Assembly (NCBI GenBank): GCA_037143235.1
Contig: JBAWZC010000005.1
Span: 1 to 63,833 of the forward strand
Length of the DNA: 63,833 bases
Source: Candidatus Berkelbacteria bacterium
GTDB lineage: Bacteria; Patescibacteriota; UBA1384; XYA2-FULL-43-10; 1-14-0-10-43-13
Direction of reading: 5' to 3'
Shown here: one piece after another, positions 7,765 through 16,710 of the stretch
How the letters are laid out: each line of letters starts with the position of its first letter
Position numbering within the stretch: the first letter of the stretch is position 1
Made by a program: the position numbers and the translations under genes
Notes under the pieces: generated by a model
What the model was told of the DNA's origin: nothing
Seen by the model: only the letters and a program-made list of their open reading frames with translations
Database searches by the model: none

Positions 7765-8136
7765 ATGAGAATTTATGTTACGCACAAAAGAGATTCGAAT
7801 TACATTAATGAGCTCTACAGACCACTGAAAGATTCAAATATTGGCAGAGACAATCAACTGATTTTACCGCACGATGAAAGCCAAGAATCTTACAGTTCGA
7901 GAGATTTATTTCTGAATAAAAAAGTCGATTTAGTTTTGGCAGAGGTGTCAAATCCGGCTACTGGCCAGGGGATTGAATTAGGTTGGGCTGATGTTGCTGG
8001 CTTGCCAATAATTTGTTTTTCAAAAAAAGACGCTAAAATCGCCAATTCACTTAAATCAATTACAGATAAATTTATCGTGTATACTGATAGTATCGATATG
8101 ATTGAGAAACTTAATACGGAGATCCAGAAAAAATAA
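7765..8136 (+). CDS. Nucleoside 2-deoxyribosyltransferase-fold protein (Rcl/DNPH1-like)
   Basis: VDLVLAEVSNPATGQGIELGWA resembles the AEV(T)xPSxGxGxELG motif of this fold. Confidence 0.5.
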   Translation: MRIYVTHKRDSNYINELYRPLKDSNIGRDNQLILPHDESQESYSSRDLFLNKKVDLVLAEVSNPATGQGIELGWADVAGLPIICFSKKDAKIANSLKSITDKFIVYTDSIDMIEKLNTEIQKK

Positions 8137-8609
8137 TGATACGTTTCCAAGTCAGAGCAGCTGTTTATGTTTTGTTTGAAAAAAAAGGCAAAATTTTGAT
8201 GTTTCGTCGGAAAAATACTGATTGGTTTGATGGTTACTTCAATGTTCCATGCGGACATATTGATGGTGGCGAGTCGATGCCTTATGCTGCCGCAAGAGAG
8301 GCACGGGAAGAAGTCGGTGTGACAGTTTCACCCAAGGATTTAAAACTGATCCAAACAGCCCATCGTTATAATGGCAAATACGAGTATTTGGAGACATATT
8401 TTCTGGCCAAAAAATGGAAAGGTGAACCCAGGTTGAATGAGGAGGAGCTTAGTGAGGAGCTTTCCTGGTTTGAGATGGAATCTTTGCCTGAAAATACAAT
8501 TCCATATATTCGCGAAGCGATTTTATCATATTTGTCGGGACATAATTATTGTGAGTATAATTTTAAAGATGGAAAGCCAGTAGAAATTGGATATACTGCC
8601 CCAAATTAG
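8136..8609 (+). CDS. NUDIX hydrolase
   Basis: Nudix box GGHIDGGESMPYAAAREAREEVGV. Confidence 0.85.
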   Translation: MIRFQVRAAVYVLFEKKGKILMFRRKNTDWFDGYFNVPCGHIDGGESMPYAAAREAREEVGVTVSPKDLKLIQTAHRYNGKYEYLETYFLAKKWKGEPRLNEEELSEELSWFEMESLPENTIPYIREAILSYLSGHNYCEYNFKDGKPVEIGYTAPN

Positions 8610-8634
8610 ATTTGTTTGAATAAAGGACGGAGAG

Positions 8635-9135
8635 ATGAATAAGCCCACAATTAGTATTATCTGTGCGTTAGCAGAGAAAAACAGAGCGATAGGCAAAAAC
8701 AATGCCTTGCTTTGGCAACTTCCAGCCGACCTGAAGCACTTTAAGGATATAACTTCTGGCCATCCAATTGTAATGGGTCAAAAAACATACGAATCCATTG
8801 GTCGACCATTGCCGAACAGAACTAATATCGTTATCACAAATGACAAAAGCTTCAAGGCGAGCGGTGTTCGTGTGTGCTATTCAATAGCAGATGCCATAGA
8901 TTTCGCAAAAAAGATTGATGAAGAAGAGATATTTATCATAGGCGGTGGGTCGATATACACTCAGACGATAGATCTGGCCGATAGACTTTATCTGACTTTA
9001 CTGGATGGTGATTTTGAGGCTGATACCTATTTTCCTAACTACTCGTCGTTTGATCAGATTGAAAAAAGTGATAAACAAGAAGATAATGGATATAGTTTTT
9101 ATTTTACAGTATTCGAAAAAAAGGAGTTAAAGTGA
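8635..9135 (+). CDS. folA: Dihydrofolate reductase
   Basis: ISIICALAEKNRAIGKNNALLWQLPADLKHFKDIT...IVMGQKTYESIG...IIGGGSIY is typical FolA. Confidence 0.9.
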   Translation: MNKPTISIICALAEKNRAIGKNNALLWQLPADLKHFKDITSGHPIVMGQKTYESIGRPLPNRTNIVITNDKSFKASGVRVCYSIADAIDFAKKIDEEEIFIIGGGSIYTQTIDLADRLYLTLLDGDFEADTYFPNYSSFDQIEKSDKQEDNGYSFYFTVFEKKELK

Positions 9136-10457
9136 CGATAAAAGACACTGAAATATTTTCGTTAATAGAGAAAGAAAAGCTGCGACAGTCTGAAGGATTG
9201 GAATTAATTCCTTCGGAAAACTATGTCTCGGAAGCAGTACTCGAGGCTCTTGGGAGTATTTTGACAAATAAGTATTCTGAAGGCTTCCCGGGCAAGAGAT
9301 ACTATGGTGGTAATCAGTATATAGATGAAATAGAAACACTAGCTAACGAGCGGATCAAAAAGATCTTTGGTTTCGAATATGTTACTGTCCAGCCGCATTC
9401 TGGCAGTCCCGCCAATTTCGCCATATATTTAGCGATTTGTGAACCAGGCGATACCTTTATGGGATTAAATCTAACTGATGGTGGTCACTTGACTCACGGC
9501 TGGAAGATGTCGGCTACTTCAATGTTCTATAAAAGCGTGCCATATCATGTAAAAGCTGATGGCCGTATTGATATGGAAGAAGTTGAAAGACTGGCCAAAG
9601 AGTTTAAGCCGAAATTCATTTGGAGCGGTGCGACCGCTTATCCGTTTATAATTGACTTTAAGAGGTTCGGCGAAATTGCCGATGAGGTTGGTGCCTATCA
9701 TGTGGCGGATATTGCTCATATCGCTGGATTGATCGCTGCCGGCGAACATCCTAGTCCAGTAGAACATGCTCACTTGGTCACTTCCACCACGCATAAAACA
9801 TTTCGCGGTCCACGGGGTGGCTTTATAGGTATAACCAAAAAAGGACTAGAAAAAGACCCTGAATTGATTTCAAAAATTGAAAAGGCGATTATTCCTGGTT
9901 TTCAGGGTGGCCCTCACAATCATCAGACGGCAGCTATTGGCGTGGCAGCAGGAGAAGTTCTGTCTCCTGAATTTAAAGAATATGGCTCTCAGATAGTTAA
10001 AAACGCCAAAGTACTTGCCGAAACATTGCAAAAAGGCGGTATTAGGCTGATTGGTAACGGCACCGAAAACCATTTATTGCTAATTGACTTAACTCCTATC
10101 ACTGGCCCGGGAGGTGGAGTTTTCGGTTCTGAAGCACTTGAAGCTGCTGGCATGACAGCAAATAAAAATACAATTCCTAGCGAGCCTTGTTCGCCATTTT
10201 TTCCGAGTGGAATTCGTCTAGGAACACCAGCACTAACAACCAGGGGAATGAAGGAAGATGAGATGAAAAAAGTTGGTGAGTGGATTGTGCGAGCACTTTC
10301 TGAAATAAAATTATACAACTTGCCAGAGAAGAAAGAAGAGAGAAAAGAATATATTGCCAAGGCAAAGAAAGAAATTTTTGCCAATCACAAACTTATTGAA
10401 ATAAAAAAAGAGATTAAGACCTTTTGCGCGAATTATCCAGTCCCCGGTATTGATTGA
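9132..10457 (+). CDS. glyA: Serine hydroxymethyltransferase
   Basis: LELIPSENYVS, GYPGKRYYGG-like, VTSTTHKTFRGPRGG (PLP lysine). It overlaps the folA stop. Confidence 0.95.
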   Translation: MTIKDTEIFSLIEKEKLRQSEGLELIPSENYVSEAVLEALGSILTNKYSEGFPGKRYYGGNQYIDEIETLANERIKKIFGFEYVTVQPHSGSPANFAIYLAICEPGDTFMGLNLTDGGHLTHGWKMSATSMFYKSVPYHVKADGRIDMEEVERLAKEFKPKFIWSGATAYPFIIDFKRFGEIADEVGAYHVADIAHIAGLIAAGEHPSPVEHAHLVTSTTHKTFRGPRGGFIGITKKGLEKDPELISKIEKAIIPGFQGGPHNHQTAAIGVAAGEVLSPEFKEYGSQIVKNAKVLAETLQKGGIRLIGNGTENHLLLIDLTPITGPGGGVFGSEALEAAGMTANKNTIPSEPCSPFFPSGIRLGTPALTTRGMKEDEMKKVGEWIVRALSEIKLYNLPEKKEERKEYIAKAKKEIFANHKLIEIKKEIKTFCANYPVPGID

Positions 10458-10466
10458 TCATTTCTG

Positions 10467-10495
10467 TTTACAAAATATCTGTCTGATGATATTAT
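10467..10495 (+). promoter_or_regulatory. Promoter of the thrS leader (TTTACA-17-TATTAT)
   Basis: TTTACA at 10467..10472 and TATTAT at 10490..10495. Confidence 0.45.
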
Positions 10496-10501
10496 CAGTA
10501 T

Positions 10502-10627
10502 AGATTATTTGAGCCGTTGACGGGAGTACCGACCCTGAGGTTTGACGCACGCCCAAGCGAATGGGCAGATCAAGACCATATTGAGATGGAACCGCCCGTA
10601 AGGGCTCTCAAGATAGTGGTCTTTTTT
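10502..10627 (+). promoter_or_regulatory. Probable short T-box-like (tRNA-Thr sensing) leader with an intrinsic terminator
   Basis: A short hairpin presents AGUACCGA, with ACC at 10528..10530. Stem GCCCA-AGCGA-ATGGGC follows. The T-box-like ATTGAGATGGAACCGCCC at 10579..10597 matches 9 of 13 positions of GGGTGGTACCGCG. It overlaps the 5' arm of a long hairpin (AGACCA...TGGTCT) followed by TTTTTT at about 10622..10627. Confidence 0.45.
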
Positions 10628-10650
10628 GTAAAAATAAGAGGAGAAATCAT

Positions 10651-12384
10651 ATGGAAAAAGGAAATGTGTTAAGCGTAGCAACAGTTAGGCACTCGCTCAG
10701 CCATATCATGGCAGCAGCTGTTTTGGAGATGTTCCCTGACGCAAAACTAGGTATCGGGCCAGCGATTGATAACGGTTTTTATTACGATTTTGATCTCTCG
10801 CGACCGCTCGTGCCAGCGGACCTGAAATCCCTTGAGAAAAAAATGCGTGAGTTGATCAATAAAAACCTTGTATTCGAAAGTCACATTGAGTCAGTCGAAA
10901 AAGCGATTGAGATTTTGAAGAAGGCAGATCAACCGCTCAAGATCGAGCTCGTCAAAGAATTAGTTTCTTCTGAGCCAACATTTTACGAAATGAAGGATGC
11001 GGCAACGGGTGAAACCGTCTTTGCTGATCTTTGCGCTGGTCCGCATATTTCTTCGACAATAGAGATCAAGGAGATTGGCTGGAAACTTGATAAAATTGCG
11101 GGTGCTTATTGGCGTGGAGACGAAAAAAAGCCGATGTTGCAACGCATTTATGGCTTAGCTTTCTCAACAAAAGAAGAACTTGTGAAATATGAAGAGATGG
11201 TGGCAGAAGCTGCCAAGCGAGATCATAAAAAAATAGGTCGAGATCTTGATTTGTTCTCGTTTCATCCTCAGTCTCCTGGTTGCCCTTTCTGGCATGAAAA
11301 AGGCATGATATTCTGGAACGCCTTGGAGAGTTTTGGCAAAGACATTCGCAAGAAATATGGCTATATTGAGATCAAGACTCCGATCTTGGCCAAAAATACT
11401 CTCTGGATTACCTCGGGCCACTGGGATCACTACAAGGACGGTATGTTCACTTTCGAGTCGGGCAATGATGTCTACGGTCTGAAGCCAATGGACTGTCCTT
11501 TCAATATTTTGATCTACAAAACAAAGCCAAGATCATATCGTGAGCTACCAATTCGTTATACCGAGATTGGCCGAGTTCATCGCAAAGAACAGTCAGGCGA
11601 GCTCAACGGCTTGCTCCGAGTTCAGGAAATTACCCAAGATGACTCTCATCTCTTCGTACGCGAGGACCAGATTGGTGCTGAGATCAAGAGTTTGATCAAG
11701 ATGATTAAAGAGTTTTACAGTAAATTGACACTGAAGCCAGAATTTTTTCTCTCCACCCGACCTGAAGACTATATGGGTGAGATCTCGACTTGGGACAAAG
11801 CGGAGGCTGACCTGCGGAAAGTGTTAGAAGACGAGAAAATCAACTATGTTTTGAAAGAAAAAGACGGTGCCTTTTATGGTCCAAAGATCGATGTTGATAT
11901 CAAGGATGCACTTGGCCGATCATGGCAGGTCGCGACGATCCAGCTTGATTTTCAGCTGCCGGGCAGATTTGATTGCCAATATATTGCCGATACCGGTGAA
12001 CAAAAGATCCCAGTGATGATTCACGCTGCCATTTTTGGTTCGTTTGAGCGTATGATCGGTATTTTGCTAGAGCACTTTGGCGGTGTTTTGCCTGTGTGGC
12101 TCGCGCCAGTCCAGGCTAAGATTATACCGATCACCGATAAGCATGTTGATTATGCCAAAAAGATTGAGGCAGAATTGATCGATAAAAATATTCGCGTCGA
12201 ACTTGACGACCGCAATGAGTCAATCGGTAAAAAGATCCGAGAAGCCGAAACACAGAAGACTCCGTTTATGTTGATCATTGGCGACAAAGAGATCGAAGCG
12301 GGGAAGGTTGCTCTTCGCCAATACGGCGAGGGTGACAAAGGACAAGTCAATGTCGACGAGATAATCGCACAAATCCTAAAATGA
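10651..12384 (+). CDS. thrS: Threonyl-tRNA synthetase (no N-terminal TGS domain)
   Basis: The editing-domain HSLSHIM motif, class II core and anticodon-binding domain are present. At 577 aa it starts directly at the second additional domain. Confidence 0.93.
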   Translation: MEKGNVLSVATVRHSLSHIMAAAVLEMFPDAKLGIGPAIDNGFYYDFDLSRPLVPADLKSLEKKMRELINKNLVFESHIESVEKAIEILKKADQPLKIELVKELVSSEPTFYEMKDAATGETVFADLCAGPHISSTIEIKEIGWKLDKIAGAYWRGDEKKPMLQRIYGLAFSTKEELVKYEEMVAEAAKRDHKKIGRDLDLFSFHPQSPGCPFWHEKGMIFWNALESFGKDIRKKYGYIEIKTPILAKNTLWITSGHWDHYKDGMFTFESGNDVYGLKPMDCPFNILIYKTKPRSYRELPIRYTEIGRVHRKEQSGELNGLLRVQEITQDDSHLFVREDQIGAEIKSLIKMIKEFYSKLTLKPEFFLSTRPEDYMGEISTWDKAEADLRKVLEDEKINYVLKEKDGAFYGPKIDVDIKDALGRSWQVATIQLDFQLPGRFDCQYIADTGEQKIPVMIHAAIFGSFERMIGILLEHFGGVLPVWLAPVQAKIIPITDKHVDYAKKIEAELIDKNIRVELDDRNESIGKKIREAETQKTPFMLIIGDKEIEAGKVALRQYGEGDKGQVNVDEIIAQILK

Positions 12385-13082
12385 AAGCGTCGATTATAAT
12401 TCGTACAAAGAATGAGGCTAAGAGAATAGGTGAAGTCTTAGAATTATTAGTTGCTCAAACCGAGAAAGATTTTGAAGTTATTATCGTTGATTCTGGTTCA
12501 ACGGATCAGACATTAGTGATTGTGAAAAAGTATGACACTCAACTCGATCTGAAGATTTTCGAGATTGAGCCAGAGCAATTCAGCTATCCATTTGCCTGCA
12601 ATTATGGGGCAAAAAGAGCACTTGGTGATATCCTGATATATATCAGCGGCCATTCGATACCGATCGGAAAAAATTGGTTGCGCGATGGGCTTATGAATTT
12701 TGAGGACAAAAAAATTGCCGGTGTTTATGGCAGCGTTTTACCGTCGAAGGATGCGAGCGTAGTGGAATTCTTTGGCTATCTGCCGGGTTATTTTACTCAA
12801 CGGAAAAACGCCAACCATGTGAAGATGGGAATTATGGGCAACACAAATGCAGCTATCCGCAGAGAACTGTGGGAAAAGCATTCTTTCGACGAAACATATA
12901 TTGACGGTGGTGAAGACGGCGAGTGGGCGTATTATCATATTCAGAAAGGCTTCGATGTGGTGCAGGATCCGAAGTTTGCGGTGCATCACTCACATGGATT
13001 TGGACTTGTACGATATATTCAACAAAACTTGCACTGGCACAAAATTGCTGATAAGTTTTTATCGCAGTATCGCGATCAATAA
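12381..13082 (+). CDS. Family 2 glycosyltransferase
   Basis: SIIIRTKNEAKRIGEVL...IIVDSGSTDQT is a GT-A/GT2 signature. The start overlaps the thrS stop (ATGA). Confidence 0.75.
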   Translation: MKASIIIRTKNEAKRIGEVLELLVAQTEKDFEVIIVDSGSTDQTLVIVKKYDTQLDLKIFEIEPEQFSYPFACNYGAKRALGDILIYISGHSIPIGKNWLRDGLMNFEDKKIAGVYGSVLPSKDASVVEFFGYLPGYFTQRKNANHVKMGIMGNTNAAIRRELWEKHSFDETYIDGGEDGEWAYYHIQKGFDVVQDPKFAVHHSHGFGLVRYIQQNLHWHKIADKFLSQYRDQ

Positions 13083-13213
13083 ATAACCCACCTCGGACAC
13101 CGTAGCTCAAGCTTTAGCTTGTTGGCATTAATTATCAACCGAAAGATATGCTTTGCTCTGGCACGCTTAAGCGTGGTCTGCGATTAAACGCGCAAAATTA
13201 ATAAATTACTATT

Positions 13214-14377
13214 TTGCTTATGAAATTTCCAAAAGGATTTTTATTTGGTTCTGCAACATCAGGCCACCAGACCGAGGGTGGTAAAGTTTGCAGTGATTGG
13301 CGAGAATGGGAGAAATTACCCGGTCGTATTGTTGATGGCTCGACGGCGGAGGTGGCGAACGATAGTTGGAACAAATGGCGAGAAGACATCGAACTGCTGA
13401 AACAAACACATCAGAACGCTTATCGCTTTTCGATCGAGTGGGCTAGAGTAGAGCCGAGCAAGGGTCGGTTTGATCTTTCGGCGATCGAACATTATCGAGA
13501 GATTTTGGTCGAGCTTCGCAAAAACAATATCAAATCAATGGTGACCCTGTTTCATTTCGCACTACCCAAATGGGTCGGAGTGGAGGGTGGTTTTCTAAAC
13601 AACAAGACCGGAGAGCTTTTTGCTGTTTATTGTGAATATGTCGGCCAGAAACTTGGTGACTTGGTCGATCTCTGGGTGACGATCAATGAACCGCAGACCT
13701 ATGCTCTTTCTGGTTATGTGGACGGCATTCATTGTCCTGGACAGAAGAATTTCTTTACAGGCTTGAAAATTGGTCGCAATCTAAATCGGGCGCATATCTT
13801 GGCGTATAAAAAATTGCGGACAGTTGTTTCAAATCCTGTTGGTATCGTCGAAAATATCGCCATCTTCGAGCCACTCTATGATAATATTTTTGACAAAACT
13901 TTTGTTAAAATTATGAACAATCTGGCGACAATATCTTTTATCGCTCCAGTTTCAAATCATATCGATTTTTTGGGAATTAACTATTATTTCAAAGTCCATG
14001 TCAGAGCCGCCAAGCCAAGGTTTACCTTCATCGGCAAAAAGAAAAATGATATTGGTTGGGGCATAGTTCAGGCTGGTCTGTATCAGGCAATACGACAGAA
14101 CCAGATCTGGCGTAAGCCGATCTATATTACTGAAAATGGCGTTGCCGATGCGAAGGACATCCATCGCCCGAAATTTTTAAAAGATGCTCTCTTTTATCTG
14201 TCGAGGGCGATCAGAAAGGGCGCTGATGTTAGAGGATATTTTCACTGGACCCTGATGGATAATTTCGAGTGGGCGAGTGGCTACACTGCCAAATTTGGCT
14301 TATTTACTCGAGACCGCAAACCCAGAAAAAGTGCGACAGTTTATCGAGATTTGATTGATACTTCGACTAGCCGCTAG
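13214..14377 (+). CDS. GH1 family beta-glucosidase (short form)
   Basis: FLFGSATSGHQTEGG, TINEP (acid/base) and YITENG (nucleophile). Confidence 0.85.
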   Translation: MLMKFPKGFLFGSATSGHQTEGGKVCSDWREWEKLPGRIVDGSTAEVANDSWNKWREDIELLKQTHQNAYRFSIEWARVEPSKGRFDLSAIEHYREILVELRKNNIKSMVTLFHFALPKWVGVEGGFLNNKTGELFAVYCEYVGQKLGDLVDLWVTINEPQTYALSGYVDGIHCPGQKNFFTGLKIGRNLNRAHILAYKKLRTVVSNPVGIVENIAIFEPLYDNIFDKTFVKIMNNLATISFIAPVSNHIDFLGINYYFKVHVRAAKPRFTFIGKKKNDIGWGIVQAGLYQAIRQNQIWRKPIYITENGVADAKDIHRPKFLKDALFYLSRAIRKGADVRGYFHWTLMDNFEWASGYTAKFGLFTRDRKPRKSATVYRDLIDTSTSR

Positions 14378-15568
14378 TTATTTTTTAAATGAAATCTTGT
14401 CTAACATACGCCAGCGGCGTTCTTTTTCGGCCCAAGGAATTGGGTCGCCGAGAGCAAAAGCGGCAGTCCCTTCTCTTGGAGAGTACTTGTTGTTGAAAGC
14501 TTGAGCAAAATCAACTTTTTTCAGAATTGCTGCAGTTGCCCGAAAATCTTCCTCAGACTCTCCGGGGAAGCCGACAATTGTATCAGTAGTTAATATTATT
14601 TCTGGAATCGCTCTTTGTATTTTTTCAACTAAAGCAATATATTGTTCGATCGTATATGGTCGATTCATCGCCTTCAAGATTTTATTACTACCTGACTGAA
14701 AGGGCAGATGAATTTCCTTGGCAATTTTTGGTAGGCTGGCGATCGCTTCGATGATATCGTCACTCATATCCTTTGGATGGTTACTGGTGAATTTGATCAC
14801 GAAATCGCCAGATAGATCATTGAGTTTTTTAAGCAAAATTGCAAAATCATTTTTTGTTTTTTTATTTGTCATTCCGAGGTTGAGACTTCCTCCCCTGCCC
14901 GAGGGGAGGTTAGGTGGGGTGGGAGCAGGTGATCCATTAGTAGATTTGTGGATTCCCGCCTGCGCGGGAATGACAGAAGAGAAGGAGGGAATGACAGATA
15001 TTTTTGACGGGCTGTACGAATTAACATTTTGGCCCAAAAGAACAATCTCTTTTTGTCCCGAGGCGATCATTTTTTCTGCATCAGCAATAATATCGGCCAT
15101 TGGCCTCGAAACCTCTCTGCCTCGCGTGTAGGGGACCGCACAGTATGAACAGAAGTTGTTACACCCTTTCATAATTGGAATGTAGTTAGTTTTTAGTGGG
15201 TAGCTGGTAGTTTTTAGCAAAGTAGCTTTTGCACCAATAATTTTAGCTAGTTCGTCTAAGTGTTCGCCATCCCATATCTGGACGCCTTTTTTCAAGAATT
15301 TTGGTCGATCGTCTGGAAGGATACAGCCGGCCAATATAATTTTTTTGCCACTCCAGTTTTTGACCCAACTCATCGCTCTGTCAACTGCCGTTTTGCGAAC
15401 AGAACAGTTCAATAAAATGATCAGGTCGGCATCTTTTTCGCTTGATTCGATCAGTCCAAGATTCTTCAAAATGTATGCAATCCTTGCCCCATCCCATTCG
15501 TTATACTGACAACCAAGGATTTTGATAAAAAAACTTGAAGGTGATATTTTGTCGGCGTGTTCTTGCAT
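14378..15568 (-). CDS. MiaB-family radical-SAM methylthiotransferase with a repeat-derived insertion and no TRAM domain
   Basis: MTTase N-domain, CNNFCSYC radical-SAM cluster, LLGQNVNSY and FTSNHP motifs. A ~45-50 aa insert (..VIPSFSSVIPAQAGIHKSTNGSPAPTPPNLPSGRGGSLNLGMTNKK..) is encoded by GTCATT-type repeats. Confidence 0.85.
   Translation of the reverse strand: MQEHADKISPSSFFIKILGCQYNEWDGARIAYILKNLGLIESSEKDADLIILLNCSVRKTAVDRAMSWVKNWSGKKIILAGCILPDDRPKFLKKGVQIWDGEHLDELAKIIGAKATLLKTTSYPLKTNYIPIMKGCNNFCSYCAVPYTRGREVSRPMADIIADAEKMIASGQKEIVLLGQNVNSYSPSKISVIPSFSSVIPAQAGIHKSTNGSPAPTPPNLPSGRGGSLNLGMTNKKTKNDFAILLKKLNDLSGDFVIKFTSNHPKDMSDDIIEAIASLPKIAKEIHLPFQSGSNKILKAMNRPYTIEQYIALVEKIQRAIPEIILTTDTIVGFPGESEEDFRATAAILKKVDFAQAFNNKYSPREGTAAFALGDPIPWAEKERRWRMLDKISFKK
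14868..14996. repeat. GTCATT-type palindromic repeat block inside the MiaB-family CDS
   Basis: GTCATTCCGAGG...CCTCCCCTGCCCGAGGGGAGG...TGGATTCCCGCCTGCGCGGGAATGAC...GGGAATGAC. The same motifs occur at intergenic loci 38978..39048, 40946..41016 and about 4510..4556. Confidence 0.85.
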
Positions 15569-15674
15569 ATGTTTTGTGGTAGTTTATAATAAATATATTC
15601 TCACTCTACAAATTTTGTGATTGATTTGCAAATATTAAAGAGGAGAGTGAATTATTAAGTTAATGTAGCGTGTC

Positions 15675-15941
15675 ATGATTACAAACGAAGAATTAAAAAT
15701 TGAGATCGAAAACATAAAACAGCGAAATGCTCGTGTCGAGGCGGACAAGGCATGGGAAACTAGCTGGATGAGAAAAATTATCATCTTGATATTGACCTAC
15801 ATCGTGATGGTTGTGTTCTTCTCGTTTGCTCGATTGTCACAACCATTCACAAATGCGATTGTGCCAGCGATTGCCTTCGTCCTGTCTACGATGACGCTCT
15901 CTGTGTTTAAAAACTGGTGGCTTGGCAAGAACTCGAGATAA
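15675..15941 (+). CDS. Small membrane protein, unknown function
   Basis: 88-aa ORF with a coiled N-terminus and two hydrophobic helices. Confidence 0.45.
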   Translation: MITNEELKIEIENIKQRNARVEADKAWETSWMRKIIILILTYIVMVVFFSFARLSQPFTNAIVPAIAFVLSTMTLSVFKNWWLGKNSR

Positions 15942-15960
15942 TTCATAAATAATTTGTCTT

Positions 15961-16680
15961 ATGAAAAAGAATATTTTAATCACCGGGATGCCAAGAAGCG
16001 GTAAATCAACTCTGTTGAACGAAATTATCCAAAAGTACGATCGAAAAGTTGGCTTTGTAACGAATGAAATTCGAGAAAACAACGAGAGAATCGGCTTTGA
16101 GATAATTACAAACGAAGGCCGACAAGCTGTGTTATCTAGCACGACGAATGTTACGGAACATAAAGTATCAAGATATTATGTCGATATTTCTGCTTTGGAT
16201 GAAATAATTCCGAGTGTCTTATCCTTCAATTCGGATGATTTGCTATATATTGACGAAATTGGGCAAATGGAATTGTTCTCCGAGAAATTTAAGTCTTTAG
16301 TTTTGAAATATTTGGATTCTCCGAATACGAATGTCGCAACAATATCGAAAATATTTAGCGACGATTTTATCGAGATGATCAAGAATAGGGGTGATGTAGT
16401 CCTGGTGGAAATAGAGGAATCAACAAGAAGTGAGCAGTTTAAATTTGTATTATCTTTGCTCGGCAAGATAGAAAAAGCAAAAAGATATATTTCCGACCGA
16501 GGTCGCTTCTCTGTTAGAAAAGACAATGCGACTGTCACAGGGGATCATGCCATTCGAAATTTGAAATCAATCAATGGACAATGGCTTTGTGACTGTGATT
16601 ATTTCAAACAATACGCCATATGTAGCCATACGATTGCGCTAGATGAATATCTGCACATAAAAAATACTCCCGCTTTGTAG
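15961..16680 (+). CDS. THEP1-like P-loop NTPase fused to a C-terminal SWIM-type zinc finger
   Basis: Walker A GMPRSGKST and Walker B LLYIDEIG. C-terminal CDCDYFKQYAICSHTIAL has the CxCx(n)CxH SWIM pattern. Confidence 0.6.
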   Translation: MKKNILITGMPRSGKSTLLNEIIQKYDRKVGFVTNEIRENNERIGFEIITNEGRQAVLSSTTNVTEHKVSRYYVDISALDEIIPSVLSFNSDDLLYIDEIGQMELFSEKFKSLVLKYLDSPNTNVATISKIFSDDFIEMIKNRGDVVLVEIEESTRSEQFKFVLSLLGKIEKAKRYISDRGRFSVRKDNATVTGDHAIRNLKSINGQWLCDCDYFKQYAICSHTIALDEYLHIKNTPAL

Positions 16681-16695
16681 CAGGAGTATTTTTTT
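16659..16695. terminator. Bidirectional hairpin terminator
   Basis: AAAAAATACTCC...GGAGTATTTTTTT between convergent genes. Confidence 0.7.
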
Positions 16696-16710
16696 ATATC
16701 CAGAGAGCGA

